This document shows, piece by piece, positions 26,005 to 38,920 of a stretch of DNA of 64,000 nt (position 1 is its first letter; every line of letters starts with the position of its first letter). A model generated the notes under the pieces. The model was not told the DNA's origin and did not search any database. It saw only the letters and a program-made list of their open reading frames with translations. The stretch is from Octopus vulgaris (lineage: Eukaryota). A program made the translations under genes and the position numbers. Location of the stretch: assembly GCA_951406725.2 (NCBI GenBank), contig OX597819.1:52328001-52392000 (forward strand). The letters run 5' to 3'.

Positions 26005-26228
26005 TGATATTGATTTCAAATTTTAGCACAAGGACAGCCATTTGAGGGGGGGGATTTAAGCCGATTACATCAACCCCAGTGTTCAACTGGTATTTATTTT
26101 ATTGATCCTCGAAAGGGTGAAAGGCAAAGTCAACCTTGGTGGAGTTTGAACTCAGAACGTAGTGACAGTCGAAATGCTGCTAAGCATTTTGCCCAGCATG
26201 CTAATGATTCTGCCAGCTTGCTGCCTTC
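26005..26228 (-). mobile_element. SINE family B (tail type 2)
   Basis: Reverse complement of the family B head, core and tail. Confidence 0.8.
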
Positions 26229-26828
26229 CCACACACACATACATGTGCATGCACACACACAAACACACCACATATTACAAGATGAACATAACCAATACAC
26301 ACTACATAACAATTATTAGATAAAGACACATTAACCAATGTGTTGTCCTTACATAACAGTAAGATCTCATATGAGGGAAAAATTTGGTTGTTATTTCTAG
26401 CAGGTCAAGTGACAACATAGAGGTTCTTTTGTTGGTTTGTAGGGGCCACTGCTAATAATGAGAGAAGACTTAAGGCAAGAAGTGTCAGGGGTAATAGAAA
26501 TGGAGATAGGTAGGTATTGAGAAAAGGCTTTAAAAAAAAAAGGAGGGCCATTATTGATGAGATGGTGGGTAAGAGAGGTTAAATTTGTTAAACCAATCAA
26601 TGCTATAAATCAAAATGGAATGAAACAGGAGATAGGGAGGGCACTCATAGCAAGGGACACTGCTTAGAAGGCTGTTTAAAAAATCAGTAGAATTAATTCA
26701 TTAGTTCCCTTAAAGGTCAATGTTTCAATACATGCCACAAAAAATTGGGTTGAGGGTGACTTGGTTAGAGCATGACATATGCTGTTCTGCTCTTCCCTCT
26801 GCTGATGAACATCCTAAATCAGAATTAA

Positions 26829-27050
26829 CCCTTTTGTTACCATATCTATTTTGAGATGCTTTGTGTTTCTTTCACTTAATTTTAAATATAACAGAGAATT
26901 TAATAAAATAACTTAGTTATCATTTAGCTAGTGTTAGGAACATAATTTGTGACTAAGGTTTGGTGGAAGATTTTCATTCAGAACATATGAAAACAAGACA
27001 TTTGTACTAAAGAGCCAGAGGCGGTTTTAGCCGAGTTGGTATCGAAAGGG
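26829..27050. mobile_element. piggyBac-type MITE (222 bp)
   Basis: TTAA on both sides (26825-28, 27051-54); TIRs CCCTTTTGTTACCA and TGGTATCGAAAGGG (12/14 match). Confidence 0.88.
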
Positions 27051-28249
27051 TTAAGGGAGGTTACAGATATTGCAGCTATTTTTGAGTGTAGATTTCTTTT
27101 CTTTTCTTTTAAATATTTGTCGAATATTATGTCTTTGTTTTAGACATAGTGTATTTAGGACTATATAATCTAATGTCTCCTTCTTTTTATAAAACAGTAA
27201 GATGTGATCTGAGTGGATTTTAGCTGTCATTTCTAGCAGGTGGTCAAGTGACCACAAAGATCTTCCCTCAATGGTTAGGAATGTAGAATGTTTTCTACAG
27301 CCGCAAACTGTATCCTTTGCATAATCAGGCAGTCTTTTGTTTAAAACATTCTTGCTCTTCATAGGTAATTGTGTTAGTTATGGACCCAACACCAAGTCAT
27401 GGTCAACACAACACATACAGCCTGGGGTGCAAGTACAAACTGATACCCACTTGACTGATTCTGTAGCATCCAGTTGCCATGGTTATCAACAGCTGTCCAT
27501 TTTCCCTGATTCAATCATTAAAAACAAACAGAAAAATAATGAAGAAAGCTAAGCCACCAAAAGTACACACACACACAAGTGTAACAGACAATTCCTATAT
27601 CCCAAACTGTACAGTAAATTATAATTACAACAGGCCAGAAGTGGATAGTTTTGACTTTATCACTTCTTAATGAAACTCATTACGAAGATGCTAATTTTGT
27701 CTGATTAACATGCTGACCTTCAGTTGCCAGAAAAAGGCATATGCAGTTTGGAAACCAACTCCAAACTGGGTCACGGCGCTAATTTTAAAAGTGTTAATTG
27801 AAAATGTAGCAGGGGGAGTCATCTGAGAAATTTCCTAATGTTGCTTCTATTTTCACTTGCCAGTTCACAATCTTTCTTCATTTTATTGCTCTAAACAGCA
27901 ATTTCCAGACTATATTAGGAAACTCGGCTTCATTGAACTGGTTGGTTGGCATCTCGTACTTTCAGTATCTCTTTTCATTTTTCTTTAATGGTAGAAAAAC
28001 AACTCTATTTTTACTCTACAATGCATAAGTGGACTCAGCTATGAAAACTGCCCAGAGGGAATTAAGACACTGTTATTTGCAATGCAGCACTTGCAGATCC
28101 AAAAAAACCAGCAGAGCAGTAGTATCACCACCACCACCACCACTACTACTACTAAAACTAGCAAAAACAACAATGATGATGCTTTCAAATTTTGGCATAG
28201 GGTACAAGGATGAATGGCAAAGTCAACCTCAGTGGAATTTGCACCCAAA

Positions 28250-28363
<114 letters not shown>

Positions 28364-28365
28364 AA

Positions 28366-28705
28366 GGCGCATGGCTCAGTGGTTAGAGCATCGAGCTTAC
28401 GATCGTGAGGTTGTGAGCTCGAATCCCGGACCGGGCTGCGTGTTGTGTTCTTGAGCAAGGCACTTTATTTTTTCACGTTGCTCCAGTTCACTCAGCTGTA
28501 GAAATGAGTTGCGACGTCACTGGTGCCAAGCTGTATCGACCTTTGTCTTTCCCTTGGATAACACTGGTGGCGTGAGAGGGGAGGCTGGTATGCATGGGCG
28601 ACTGCTGGTCTTCCATAAACAACCTTGCCCGGACTTGTGTCTAGGAGGGTAACTTTCTAGGTGCAATCCCATGGTCATTCATGACCGAAGGGGGTCTTTA
28701 CCCTT
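28366..28705 (+). mobile_element. tRNA-derived CORE-type SINE (tail variant 2)
   Basis: A-box TGGCTCAGTGG, B-box GAGCTCGAATCC, CORE-like TGTTCTTGAGCAAGGCACTT...CCAGTTCACTCAGCTG, 3' hairpin GGTCAT-TC-ATGACC. Confidence 0.85.
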
Positions 28706-28717
28706 TTTTTATATATA

Positions 28718-28817
28718 TCAATCATCATCATCATCGTTTAGCCTCCGCTTTCCATGCTGGCATGGGTTGGATGGTGCAACTGGGGTCTGGGAAGCCAGAA
28801 GGCTGCACCAGGCCCAG

Positions 28818-28873
<56 letters not shown>

Positions 28874-29340
28874 ATGATGATCTCATCAACATTATCATCA
28901 TCATTTAATGTCTATTATCCATACTGGTACGAGTTGGACAGTAGGACCAGAGCTGGCAAGCTGGAGGGGGGGGGGCTGCACCAAACTCCAGTTTGATTTG
29001 GTATGGTTTCTACAGCTGGACGCCCTTCCTAACACCAACCACTTTACAAGATGTGCTGGGTGCTTTTACGTGGTGCCTGATGGGCCCTTTTATGTGACAA
29101 TGCCTAGACACTTTTACATAGCATCACACAGACACTTTTATGTGGAACCGCATGGGTGCTCTTACATGTAACTGCACGGGTGTTCTTATGTATGACAGCA
29201 GGAGCACTTTTATGTGACACCATCATGAGTGCTTTACACTACTTGAAGGATCGGTCTTAACATTCCAGCCGCAGAGTACAGGGTCTTCTTGAGTTTGGCC
29301 AGGGCCAGGTATCTCAGTATTTGTTTTGCAAGACACTTGA
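28718..29340 (-). mobile_element. Two family D (RTE-related, (GAT)n-tailed) elements
   Basis: (CAT)n then TTCCATGCTGGCATGGGTTGGA; GCTGGACGCCCTTCCTAACACCAACC; internal ~24-bp tandem units. Confidence 0.75.
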
Positions 29341-29353
29341 TGTATGCATGCGT

Positions 29354-29415
<62 letters not shown>

Positions 29416-29417
<2 letters not shown>

Positions 29418-29700
29418 AGGCACAATGGCCCAGTGGTTAGGGCAGCGGACTCGCAGTTGTAGGATCGCGGTTTCGATTCGCAGACCAGGCGTTGAGAGTG
29501 TTTATTGAGCGAAAACACCTAAAGCTTCAAGAGGCTTCGGCAGGTGGTGGTGGTGATCCCTGCTGTACTCTTTCATCACAACTTTCTCTCACTCTTTCTT
29601 CTGTTTGCCAGCTCACTTAGCCAGTGGGGTGGTGTCATTGAGGGCTAAAACAATGTGAAGCACATTGTGACCAGAGATGTGTAGCAAGATCTGATGTTGA
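29416..29700 (+). mobile_element. tRNA-derived SINE, distinct body
   Basis: A-box TGGCCCAGTGG, B-box GGTTTCGATTCG; body unrelated to the other families in the window. Confidence 0.75.
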
Positions 29701-29764
29701 ATAAAAGTTCTTGCTAACTCTATTTTCTGTTTCCCTCATTCATTATATATATATATATATATAT

Positions 29765-30315
29765 TCTTTTATACTTTTACTTGTTTCAGTCATTTGACTG
29801 CGGCCCTGCTGGAGCACCACCTTTAGTCGAACAAATCGACCCCAGGACTTATTCTTTGTAAGCCTAGTACTTATTCTATTGGTCTCTTTTGCCAAGCAGC
29901 TAAGTTACAAGGACGTAAACACACCAGCATCAGTTATCAAGCAATGGTGGGGGGGAGGGGACAAACACAGACACACACACATATATGACAGGCTTCTTTC
30001 AGTTTCCGTCAACCAAATCTGTTCACAAAGCTTTGGTCGGCCCAAGGCTATAGTAGGAGACACTTGCCCAAGGTGCCATGCAGTGAAACTGAACTCAGAA
30101 CCATGTGGTTGGTAAGCAAGCTACTTACCAGTTCTACCTTCACTGCTTCACAACTGATGTTGGTTTGTTTATGTCCCTGTAACTTAAGGATTTGGCAAAA
30201 GAGACCAATGAACTATGTACCAGACTTAAAAACAATTACTGGGGTTAATTTTTTTTGACTAAATCCTTCAAGGTGGTGCCCCAGCATGGCCACAGTCCAA
30301 GGACTTAAACAGAAG
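29765..30315 (-). mobile_element. SINE family A (-) abutting a family A tail fragment (+, ~30135-30315)
   Basis: Collinear family A motifs in opposite orientations. Confidence 0.8.
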
Positions 30316-31211
30316 AAAATACACATTGCTTAATGCAGTTTTGTGCAAGGCACTGATCACCTCATATTGTTTTGTCAGTGCATGATTAATTATATTGTTT
30401 CCCCAAATAACATCCGATGAGCTGAGAATAGTGGATTGGTTTCATGTGTAGGTGCAAAAATTAAAAGGGAAAAACACACACACACAAAATAAATACTGAA
30501 CTAAATAGAGCTAGTTGAAAATGAAATAAAATAAACATAAAATAACATAGAGAGCTAGAGATTAGAAGAGCAAACACACATTAGCGAAGATGAATGATGA
30601 GTCAGAAGCAGAAGACAAAAGAAAGAAGAAAAAGAAGAGAAAGAAACAACAATAGTAACTACAAAAATACGGCCTTCTTGTAGCTTTTATGATGTTTAAT
30701 TAATAAGTTTACTTGTGTACATTATATAGTTAAAAACCAATCCCTTGTTCAAACTAGCTAAACAGACCGCTAATAGTAAATGTGTGATATCAATGTTTGT
30801 TTTGTTATCAATCAACCATCTTTATGGCTATTAATACAAATGATAATAACAATAACAGCAACAATAATATTAGCGGTAAGGGCGATGATAAAAATAATAA
30901 TAGTAAAATAATTATACGATATTATTGTTATACAACCACTATTATTAGTTCCAATAACAATAAAGACAGATTAAATGTGGATCAATTTAGTTGCCCTCTC
31001 AAACTGTACACACAACAGCTCGTACACACAAACACACACAGGCTATTAATTTACTCATAATCATGTTGCAATAGGCTAGATGGTCTTACAAATTCAAATG
31101 ATTTTTAAAACATTATTACTGGAATGATGGAGGAGATGATTTCCTATCTTAGCCTCTTTTATGAAATGTAAACCACTCAACTGTGAAAGCTGAAACACTG
31201 GCTATGTCCTT

Positions 31212-31430
31212 GTTGCTGTTGATGATGTTTATGCCCAGGCCAGTCCCAATAGGGTAAACATACAATCAAAAAGATTCTAACCAAGATCCGCCCAACTTTT
31301 ATCTATGTAAACAGAACTACAGGACTTCACATCATCAACTGTGTCCTTCTCTTAGATGGTACTGTGTGATTTGAAAGAAATTTGATTGATATTTCTTGCA
31401 ATCTGAATGATCATGTAGAGGCTTCATTGT
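31212..31430 (+). repeat. Family E copy
   Basis: TGTTTATGCCCAGG...TGTGTCCTT...GATGGTACTGTGTGATTTGAAAGAAATTTG...TGATCATGTAGAGGCT. Confidence 0.55.
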
Positions 31431-32033
31431 AGCTGAAGCAGACAAGAGAACTGAGATTGTGTGACAGCCATATCTAAACCCTTTTTAATGACACTGATAC
31501 CATAAGAGTAATGATTATTACTGAAACTTAAAGCTGGGTCCCTTCACATGAAGCTCAAATTTATGTTCAGTTGCATAGTACACCATAAACTATGTGAAAT
31601 AAATAAATTAATCAGGTAATAGCTCCAAAAATAATCTTGTGCCCAGCTAGGTTGAAATTACAATCCTCTTTGGGTTATAGATACAAAAATATTTAGAATT
31701 ACTTTTCTTGTTTTATACTTCATTATTATATTTTAAGGTGACAGAATAAAGAGATGTTACTTCTACAGATCCAGTTGTGTGACAAAGAAAAGAATGAAGA
31801 AAGGAGAGTGCAGTGAGGGATGGGGTCTCTTTAGTCTTGCTGGAAACAAGATGACCCCTCAGATGCTGGTGAATGATTGGGGACAACATGGCAAAGAGAG
31901 AACTCTTTAGTCTTGCCAAGGGAAGACAACCTCTTATAGTACTGGTGCCACTAAAGACATGCACCCAGTATTTCTGAAAAATGGCTCATGAAAAGAAGAG
32001 CATTTGGCCATGGAAACCATGTCAACAACTATT

Positions 32034-32499
32034 GGCGGTGTATATTTCATTTGTCACTGTTATTTATGACATCGTTTGTGCATTTGTACATGTTTAAGCT
32101 TTAGGGTTTTAGGATTAGAGGTAGGGTTTTAGGGTTAGGGTTACGGAAAAAGTGAAAAATGAAATTGGAGGGGAAGGAGTAGGGGGGGGGGGGGGCAAAA
32201 ATGTCAAAATTCCAATTTTTGGCCATTTTCCAGTATCTCCATATCTGAAAAGCTGGGTTTTTGGCAAAAACAACTTAAAAAACAAACAATTTTCAAGAAA
32301 ATGGGGTGGGGACAGGAGGAAGTCTTTCCGAAAATAGTAGCTGAAAAACAGGAAAAAACCTAAAAGCAGTAGAAAATGCATGATCGATTATGGTGGCGTC
32401 ATGAAGTAAACATGCTTCAGATAGACTCATTTATTCATACGAATGTAACTGAGATGAAACATGTCATAAATAACAGTGACAAACGAAATATACACTGCC
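32034..32499. mobile_element. MITE-like element with 39-bp TIRs and internal degenerate TTAGGG array
   Basis: 32034-32072 vs reverse complement of 32461-32499: 37/39 identical; TTAGGG-like units at 32101-32146. Confidence 0.85.
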
Positions 32500-32794
32500 G
32501 GATGTTGTTGTTGACAAACAACAGCAGTAATTTTATTCAGCTGAATACACATCATTGATTGGTTGAAATTACTGAAATATAACAACTTTAACACAAAATA
32601 ACTTCATAAATAGAAATTTTTCTCAACAGCACTAACCAGTATCCGACGTTTCAAAGTGTTTAGTTAGAGAAAATTAATTAATCGAGCTGTCCATGTAAAG
32701 GAAAATATCTGAAATTTGTTAAAGCAAATTTTCTAAAGCTGGATACTGTCCCTGTGGACAACCCTTACATGTTTCCAAGCTTTTTCACATTTTC

Positions 32795-32963
32795 GAGTGG
32801 CTGTGTGGTAAGTAGCTTGCTTACGAACCACATGGTTCTGGGTTCAGTCCCACTGCGTGGCACCTTGGGCAAGTGCATTCTACTATAGCCTCGGGCCGAC
32901 CAAGGCCTTGTGATTGGATTTGGTAATGGAAACTGAAAGAAGCCCATCGTATATATCTATATC

Positions 32964-32994
<31 letters not shown>

Positions 32995-33195
32995 GTGTGT
33001 GTGTGTGTGTGTGTGTCTGTGTTTGTCCCCCCCCCAACATCGCCTGACAACCAATGCTGGTGTGTTTATGTCCCCGTAACTTAGCAGTTCAGCAAAAGAG
33101 ACTGATAGAATAAGTACTAGGCTTACAAAGAATAAGTCCTGGGGCCGTGCTCCAGCATAGCCACAGCAAAATGACTGAAACAAGAGTAAAAGAAT
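32795..33195 (+). mobile_element. SINE family A
   Basis: Near full-length collinear copy. Confidence 0.9.
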
Positions 33196-33397
33196 ACATT
33201 GTATGGTGACACTCATTTACAACTGTCACACAATGTCAAGTCAAAGAGACAAACATACACACCGGGCTTTATATAGCTTCCATCCTCCAAATCCACTGAC
33301 AAAGCTCTTTGATTGGCCACGAGCCATAGTAGAAGAAACTTGCCCAAGGTGCCACATTGTGGGTCTCATATGCATATATATATATATATATATATAT

Positions 33398-33775
33398 TAA
33401 GGTATGTAGAAAAATACAACATGGACAAGAACGTATAACTCTTAGAAGACGATACAATAAACACGGACAGGACATTCGAAACCCTCAGTCTTCAGTCAAG
33501 AACCGGATCATCGTAGTAATTTCGGCTGATTAATCTTGAGATTACTAGATCACGGCCAGCCCTCCAAGAAAAACTAAGCAACGAGCATTAGAAAAACTAA
33601 GCTGGAAGCGTAGATTTCCTGGAAGAAGGATCGAATGCATACGAACACCAGGACAGCAAAAGGGACAGATATAAAAAACAATAATGGAATACAGAAACAT
33701 GAAATACAGAAGCATTAACGGTGAAAACAACAAGTGTCTTACGACTGATAACAAGCAAACAAATTTTTTCTCTTA
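33398..33775. mobile_element. Unclassified CpG-rich insertion between (TA) tracts
   Basis: Composition differs from flanks; internal direct repeat AGAAAAACTAAGC x2. Confidence 0.4.
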
Positions 33776-33989
33776 TATATACACACGGAACTCTCCTCTT
33801 CTATGTTTGCTAGTTTATAATATACAGAAGCCATATTGCAGTTCTTTTATTGTTTTATTGGATTTAGCCAGTGGCTGTGGCCATACTGGGGCATAAACAT
33901 TAGTGTTAATTTTCTCTTATCTTTATCTTTGCAGGAAATATAGAAATCAACATCACTGCATCATTACCAATCCCACCATCACCAGCATA

Positions 33990-34005
33990 TTGATGATGAT
34001 GGTCG

Positions 34006-34059
<54 letters not shown>

Positions 34060-34981
34060 TCATCATCATCATCAGCAGCAGCAGCCACATTATTATTCAT
34101 CCTCATCATTGCTAATATTATTAGCGATATATTTTTGTGCATGTTTTTTTCCATATTTCATTTCTTGATACAACATCCATTCATTCATTATATATTTATT
34201 TATTTGTTAAATGTTTCATTTGCTTATGTATTTAAATTGAAGATATTTCGGATTACCTAATAATTATTATTCAGGTTGGGGCAGAGGCAGGGGAGGGTCA
34301 GAGTTCTGAGCATTAAAGAATTAAAAATAAAAATAAATTACGCAAATCATTATTTATCATCATCATCATCATCATCATCGTCATCATCATTGCTGTTGTC
34401 ATCACCATTATTATTATTATTATTATTATCCTTATCATTATTATTAATATTAGATTTAGTGTTTTAGTTAGAAGTGTGTGCAGAATGATAATAAAATTTT
34501 GAAATGTAAAAAACAAAATTAATAAATTACACACAAAAATAAAATCATCATTATCATGTTTATTTATTATTATTATCATTATCATTATTATTGTTATTAT
34601 TATTATTATTATTATCATTATTATTAGCACTAGTATTATCATCATTAAGTCTGAGAAATAGCTTCGTTTTAGTTAACATTATTCTGTAGTTGCATATTTT
34701 CTCACTTCAAGAACATAGAAATTGGAATGAAACAGCGAAAGAGAAAAAAAAAATTAAAACACTAAAAGACAAAAAAAAAAAAGAGAACAAAAAATAACTA
34801 AACAAATCCAAATTAAAAAAAAGACATTAAATTATAATTAGACAAATGGGGAATAACTATAAACATAACAGCAAAAAAGTTTTTCCTTTTTTTTTTTTTG
34901 AATATTTGAAAATATAAAAAAATATATATATATGTATAAAAAGAAGAGAAAATGAATTTGGAAGAAACAACAAACTAGGGA

Positions 34982-35019
<38 letters not shown>

Positions 35020-35119
35020 TAATAATAATGAAATAATCACATATGAGGTTTTTGAAAATATGAAAATAAAGAAATTAACAAAAATTCTTCTATGTGTATG
35101 TATATATATATGTGCACAC

Positions 35120-35155
<36 letters not shown>

Positions 35156-35560
35156 GAATTTATAAATTAGTACTTATGGTGTTAGCAATGATGATGATGA
35201 TGATGACGAAGTTAGAGCGATGAAAGAAAATACATCCACAATAATCACAACATGAACGACTAATAGAATAAATACATAAATAAATAACACAAATAACAAC
35301 AACAACGACAACAACAACACTAATGATGATAATGAAGATAGCAACTGCAACAGCAATAACAACAACAACAAAAAAACCCACAAAAACAAAAAGAAACAAC
35401 AGCATTAATATGGATAATGATAATAATAAAAATAGAGACAATAATAATTACAATAATAATAATAATAATAATAATTATAATAATTATAATAATACTGATG
35501 ATGATGATGATGATGATGATATAATGATAACGATGATGATGATGATAAAGTGGTGATTGT
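33990..35560. repeat. Cluster of trinucleotide microsatellites ((GTC)n, (ATC)n, (ATT)n, (AAT)n, (GAT)n) and A-rich low complexity
   Basis: Seen directly. Confidence 0.9.
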
Positions 35561-36774
35561 GGTGGTGGTGTAGTAAAACTTGCATGAAAGGAAAATATAA
35601 AAATTTAAAATATTACACAAATTATACAAAAAAAAAAAAAAAAACGAAAAACAAAAACACTAATAATGATGGCAGCAAGGAATGGAGCAAAAACATGAAA
35701 TAATAATGATTTAATAATGATGATGATGATGACGGATAATGATGATGGCTGTTTAAAGATGAGGATGTAGGAGTAGCTGTGTGAGTGGGGGAGATAGGGA
35801 TGTGAAAAGGGGTGGAAGGGGAGAGATAGGAGAGGAGTGGAAGGAAAGAAGAGGTGGTGATGGAGGAGAGCAGAGGTGGGTAGGGGGAGTGTTTCTTTGT
35901 GTTTTCCCTCCTTGTGACACCATGTATCAGAGAGAGAGAGAGAGAGGAGGTGAGCAGGATAGTGAGAGATTATAAGGAAACAGAGAGAGAGAGAGAGAAT
36001 GAAAGAGAGGGTACAAGTGTAATAAAAGGGAAAAAAAGCAAGAAATTACAGTGCTGCCAAAAGGGAACAGCAAGCAGAGAGAGAGAAAGAGAGAGACAGT
36101 GATAGAGAGAGAGACAGTGAGGGAGAGAGAGAATGAGTGAGAGAGAGTGAGTAAGAGAGAGAAAATGGGTGAAGGAGAGAGAAAGAGTGAGTGAGGATGT
36201 GAGAGTGAGAGAGAGAAAGAAGAAAAAAATAAAAGCAGAGGAAGAGAAAGAATGAAAGAATAAGAATGTAATAAAAGGGAAAGAGGGAGAAATTATGAAA
36301 CACAGTGCTGCCAAAAGAGAGCAGCAGAGAGAGAGACAGAGAGAGAGAGAAGGGAGAATGGAAGAGAGTAAAAACAGTTACTAAAATGAAAGATACAGAA
36401 AGAGTGAGAGATAGATAAAGAGAGGGAGAGAAGAGGATTAGCCAAGATGAAATGCTTCTGAAGAACCATTGTCTTTGATCAGTTTTCATTGCAAAATGTT
36501 GAAGGAAGTGCCATGCATTTAGTTGTCAGCATGGAATGGTTATAATTGGCTCTCCACTGGTGGTAGTGGTGGTGGCGGCGGTGGTATTACCAATAATGAT
36601 AGTGACGGCGGCGGTGCTAGTGATAGTTGTTAATGGTGTCAGTGTGACTATAGCTATAATGAGATGGGGGTGGGATAGATAGATCGATAGAGAGGTAGTA
36701 CTGTAATAGTAGCAGTGATGGCAGTGGTGGTGGTGATGGTGGTGATGATGATGATGGTGGTGGTGGTGCTAGTG

Positions 36775-37015
36775 GTGTTGGCATTTAACCCCAGGTCATC
36801 TATGATCAAGCAAGGCGTATCTATATTCAAAACTATGTTCCAGCCATGACTATCCCATCTAATTTTCTGCTGGTAGTGCATGCAGGATTACATTATCCAG
36901 GGTATATGGTTATTTGTTTGCTTTTTGCTTTCTTAAAGATGGTAAAGTGTGGTTTGAGTGGAAATTTGGCTGCTATTTCTTGCAGGTCAAGAGACTATAT
37001 AGAAGCTACTTCCGG
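36775..37015 (+). repeat. Family E copy after GGT-rich tract
   Basis: TTTAACCCCAGGTCA...TTCCAGCCATGAC...GGATTACATTATCCA...GGAAATTTGGCTGCTATTTCTTGCAGGTCAAG. Confidence 0.7.
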
Positions 37016-37085
37016 TGTCAGTAATGGAGAAAGACAAAACAGGTATTGTTATGAAGGATAATAATAATAATGATAATAATAATAA

Positions 37086-37566
37086 TGTCTTGGTACAAAA
37101 GATGGGCTACAGCAAATATTCTGTTCAATACCACAGATTTGCTTGTCAGTTGTTTGACCTTAACCAGTTGAGCATGTCCCTTAGTAGCTGACAATATGTG
37201 CAGCTCTGATCATGAGCAGAAGTAATGGGGGAGGATCATAGCCACGAGTTGAATGGGATTCTTTGGGGTTTGAATAATTCACCTCTGGAACCATGGGTGT
37301 TTCGTTCAACATCCTTAAACAAACCTTCCTTATTCAGGGACTTTTTGAGCTGGATGGGTTACTCAACCAGAAGAAAATTCTAACTGGGCCCCACCTGCAA
37401 GGTCATGTACTCTTTATCTTGATATGAGATCACCATGTTGCGCACATATGGTTGTGATGCATGTGCCTAGTGTACCCTTATCAGACGGGTAGTCATGATG
37501 GGTATATTGGGCTTTGTATATTTTACCCCAGTGTTACTTTGATGGCATGCACTGCTCTCTCACTCA
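37086..37566 (+). mobile_element. Family C element, 5'-truncated, in (AAT)n
   Basis: Homologous to 4278-4800; (AAT)n on both sides. Confidence 0.85.
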
Positions 37567-37589
37567 ATAATAATAATAATATAATATTG

Positions 37590-38492
37590 TTCCTTTCTAC
37601 TGGAAGCACAAAGCCTGAAATTTGGAGGGAGGGGCTAGTCAATTACATCAACTCCAGTATGTAACCGGTACTAATTTTACCAACCCCAAAAGGATGGAAG
37701 GTAAAGACAACCTTGGCAGAATTTGAACCCAGAACGTAGCAACATGCGAAATACTGCTGAACATTTCATCTAGTGTGTTAACAATTCAGCCAGCTCACTG
37801 CTTTAGTAGTAGTAATAATAATAATAATAATAATAATAATAGTAATAACAATATTGGTTTCAAATTTTGGCATATGGCCAGCAATCTCAGGGTAGGGGAC
37901 CAGTCGATTACATTACTCCACACCTCACTCCAGTACTCAACTGGTAATTACTTTATTGACCCAGAAAGATGAAAGGTAAAGTCAATCTCTGCAGGACTTC
38001 AACTCAGAATGCAGGGCAGACAAAATGTTGCTTGGCATACTAACAGTTCTACCATATTGCTACCTTAAATAATAATAATAATAATAATGATAATAATAAT
38101 CCTTTCTACTAAAGGCACATTTTGGGGAAGGGGACTAGTTGGTTACATCAACCCCAGTGTTCCACTGGTACTTAATTTATCAACCCCAAAAGGATGAAAT
38201 GCAAAGTCGATCTCGGCAGAATTTGAACTCAGAACATAAAGACTGATGAAATGCCACTAAGCATTGCATCCAGCATGCTAATGATTCTGCCAGCTTGTCA
38301 CCTTAAATGAAGATGATGATAACAATAATAATAATGATAATAATAATAATAATAATAATCCTTTCTACTATAGGTATAAGGCTTGAAATTTGGTGGGAGG
38401 GGGTCCAGTCAATTACATTGACCTCAGTACATAACTGGTACTTATTTCATCGACCTCCAAAAGGAAGGAAGGCAAAGTCAACTCTGGCAGAA
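37590..38492 (-). mobile_element. Four co-oriented SINE family B copies separated by (AAT)n
   Basis: Approximately 37590-37802, 37852-38066, 38098-38305 and 38358-38492; each has the core and type-2 tail. Confidence 0.85.
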
Positions 38493-38517
38493 TAATAATA
38501 ATAATAATAATGATAAT

Positions 38518-38913
38518 ATGTGGCTGTGTGGTAAGTAGCTTGCTTACCAACCACATGGTTCCGGGTTCAGTCCCACTGCATGGCACTTTGGGCAAGTGTC
38601 TTCAACTACAGCCTCAGACAGACCAAAGCCTTGTGAGTGGATTTGGTACACAGAAACTGAAAGAAGTCCGTCGTATATATGTATATTTATATGTATATTT
38701 CTGTGTGTTTGTGTTTGTCCCCCCAACATCACTTGACAACCAATGCTGGTGTGCTTATATCACCGTAACTTAGTGGTTCGGCAAAACAGACCGGTAGAAT
38801 AAGTACTAGGCTTACAAAGAATAAGTCCTGGGGTCGATTTGCTTGACTAAAGGCGGTGCTCCAGCATGGCTGCAGTCAAATGACTGAAACAAGTAAAAGA
38901 GTAAAGAGAAAGA
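38518..38913 (+). mobile_element. SINE family A
   Basis: Full-length collinear copy. Confidence 0.9.
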
Positions 38914-38920
38914 GCATAGA

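Noticed and set aside
28366-28440. Possible tRNA genes (also 29416, 55908, 60260)
   Set aside because: A/B boxes are present but there is no proper acceptor stem or terminator, and each continues into a SINE body.
32101-32146. Interstitial telomere or chromosome fusion scar
   Set aside because: Short, degenerate and enclosed by TIRs, so better explained as part of a MITE.
33470-33500. Minus-strand CTGAAGA...CGAATGTC hammerhead-like motif
   Set aside because: No convincing stem II or stem I, and GAAA is incomplete.
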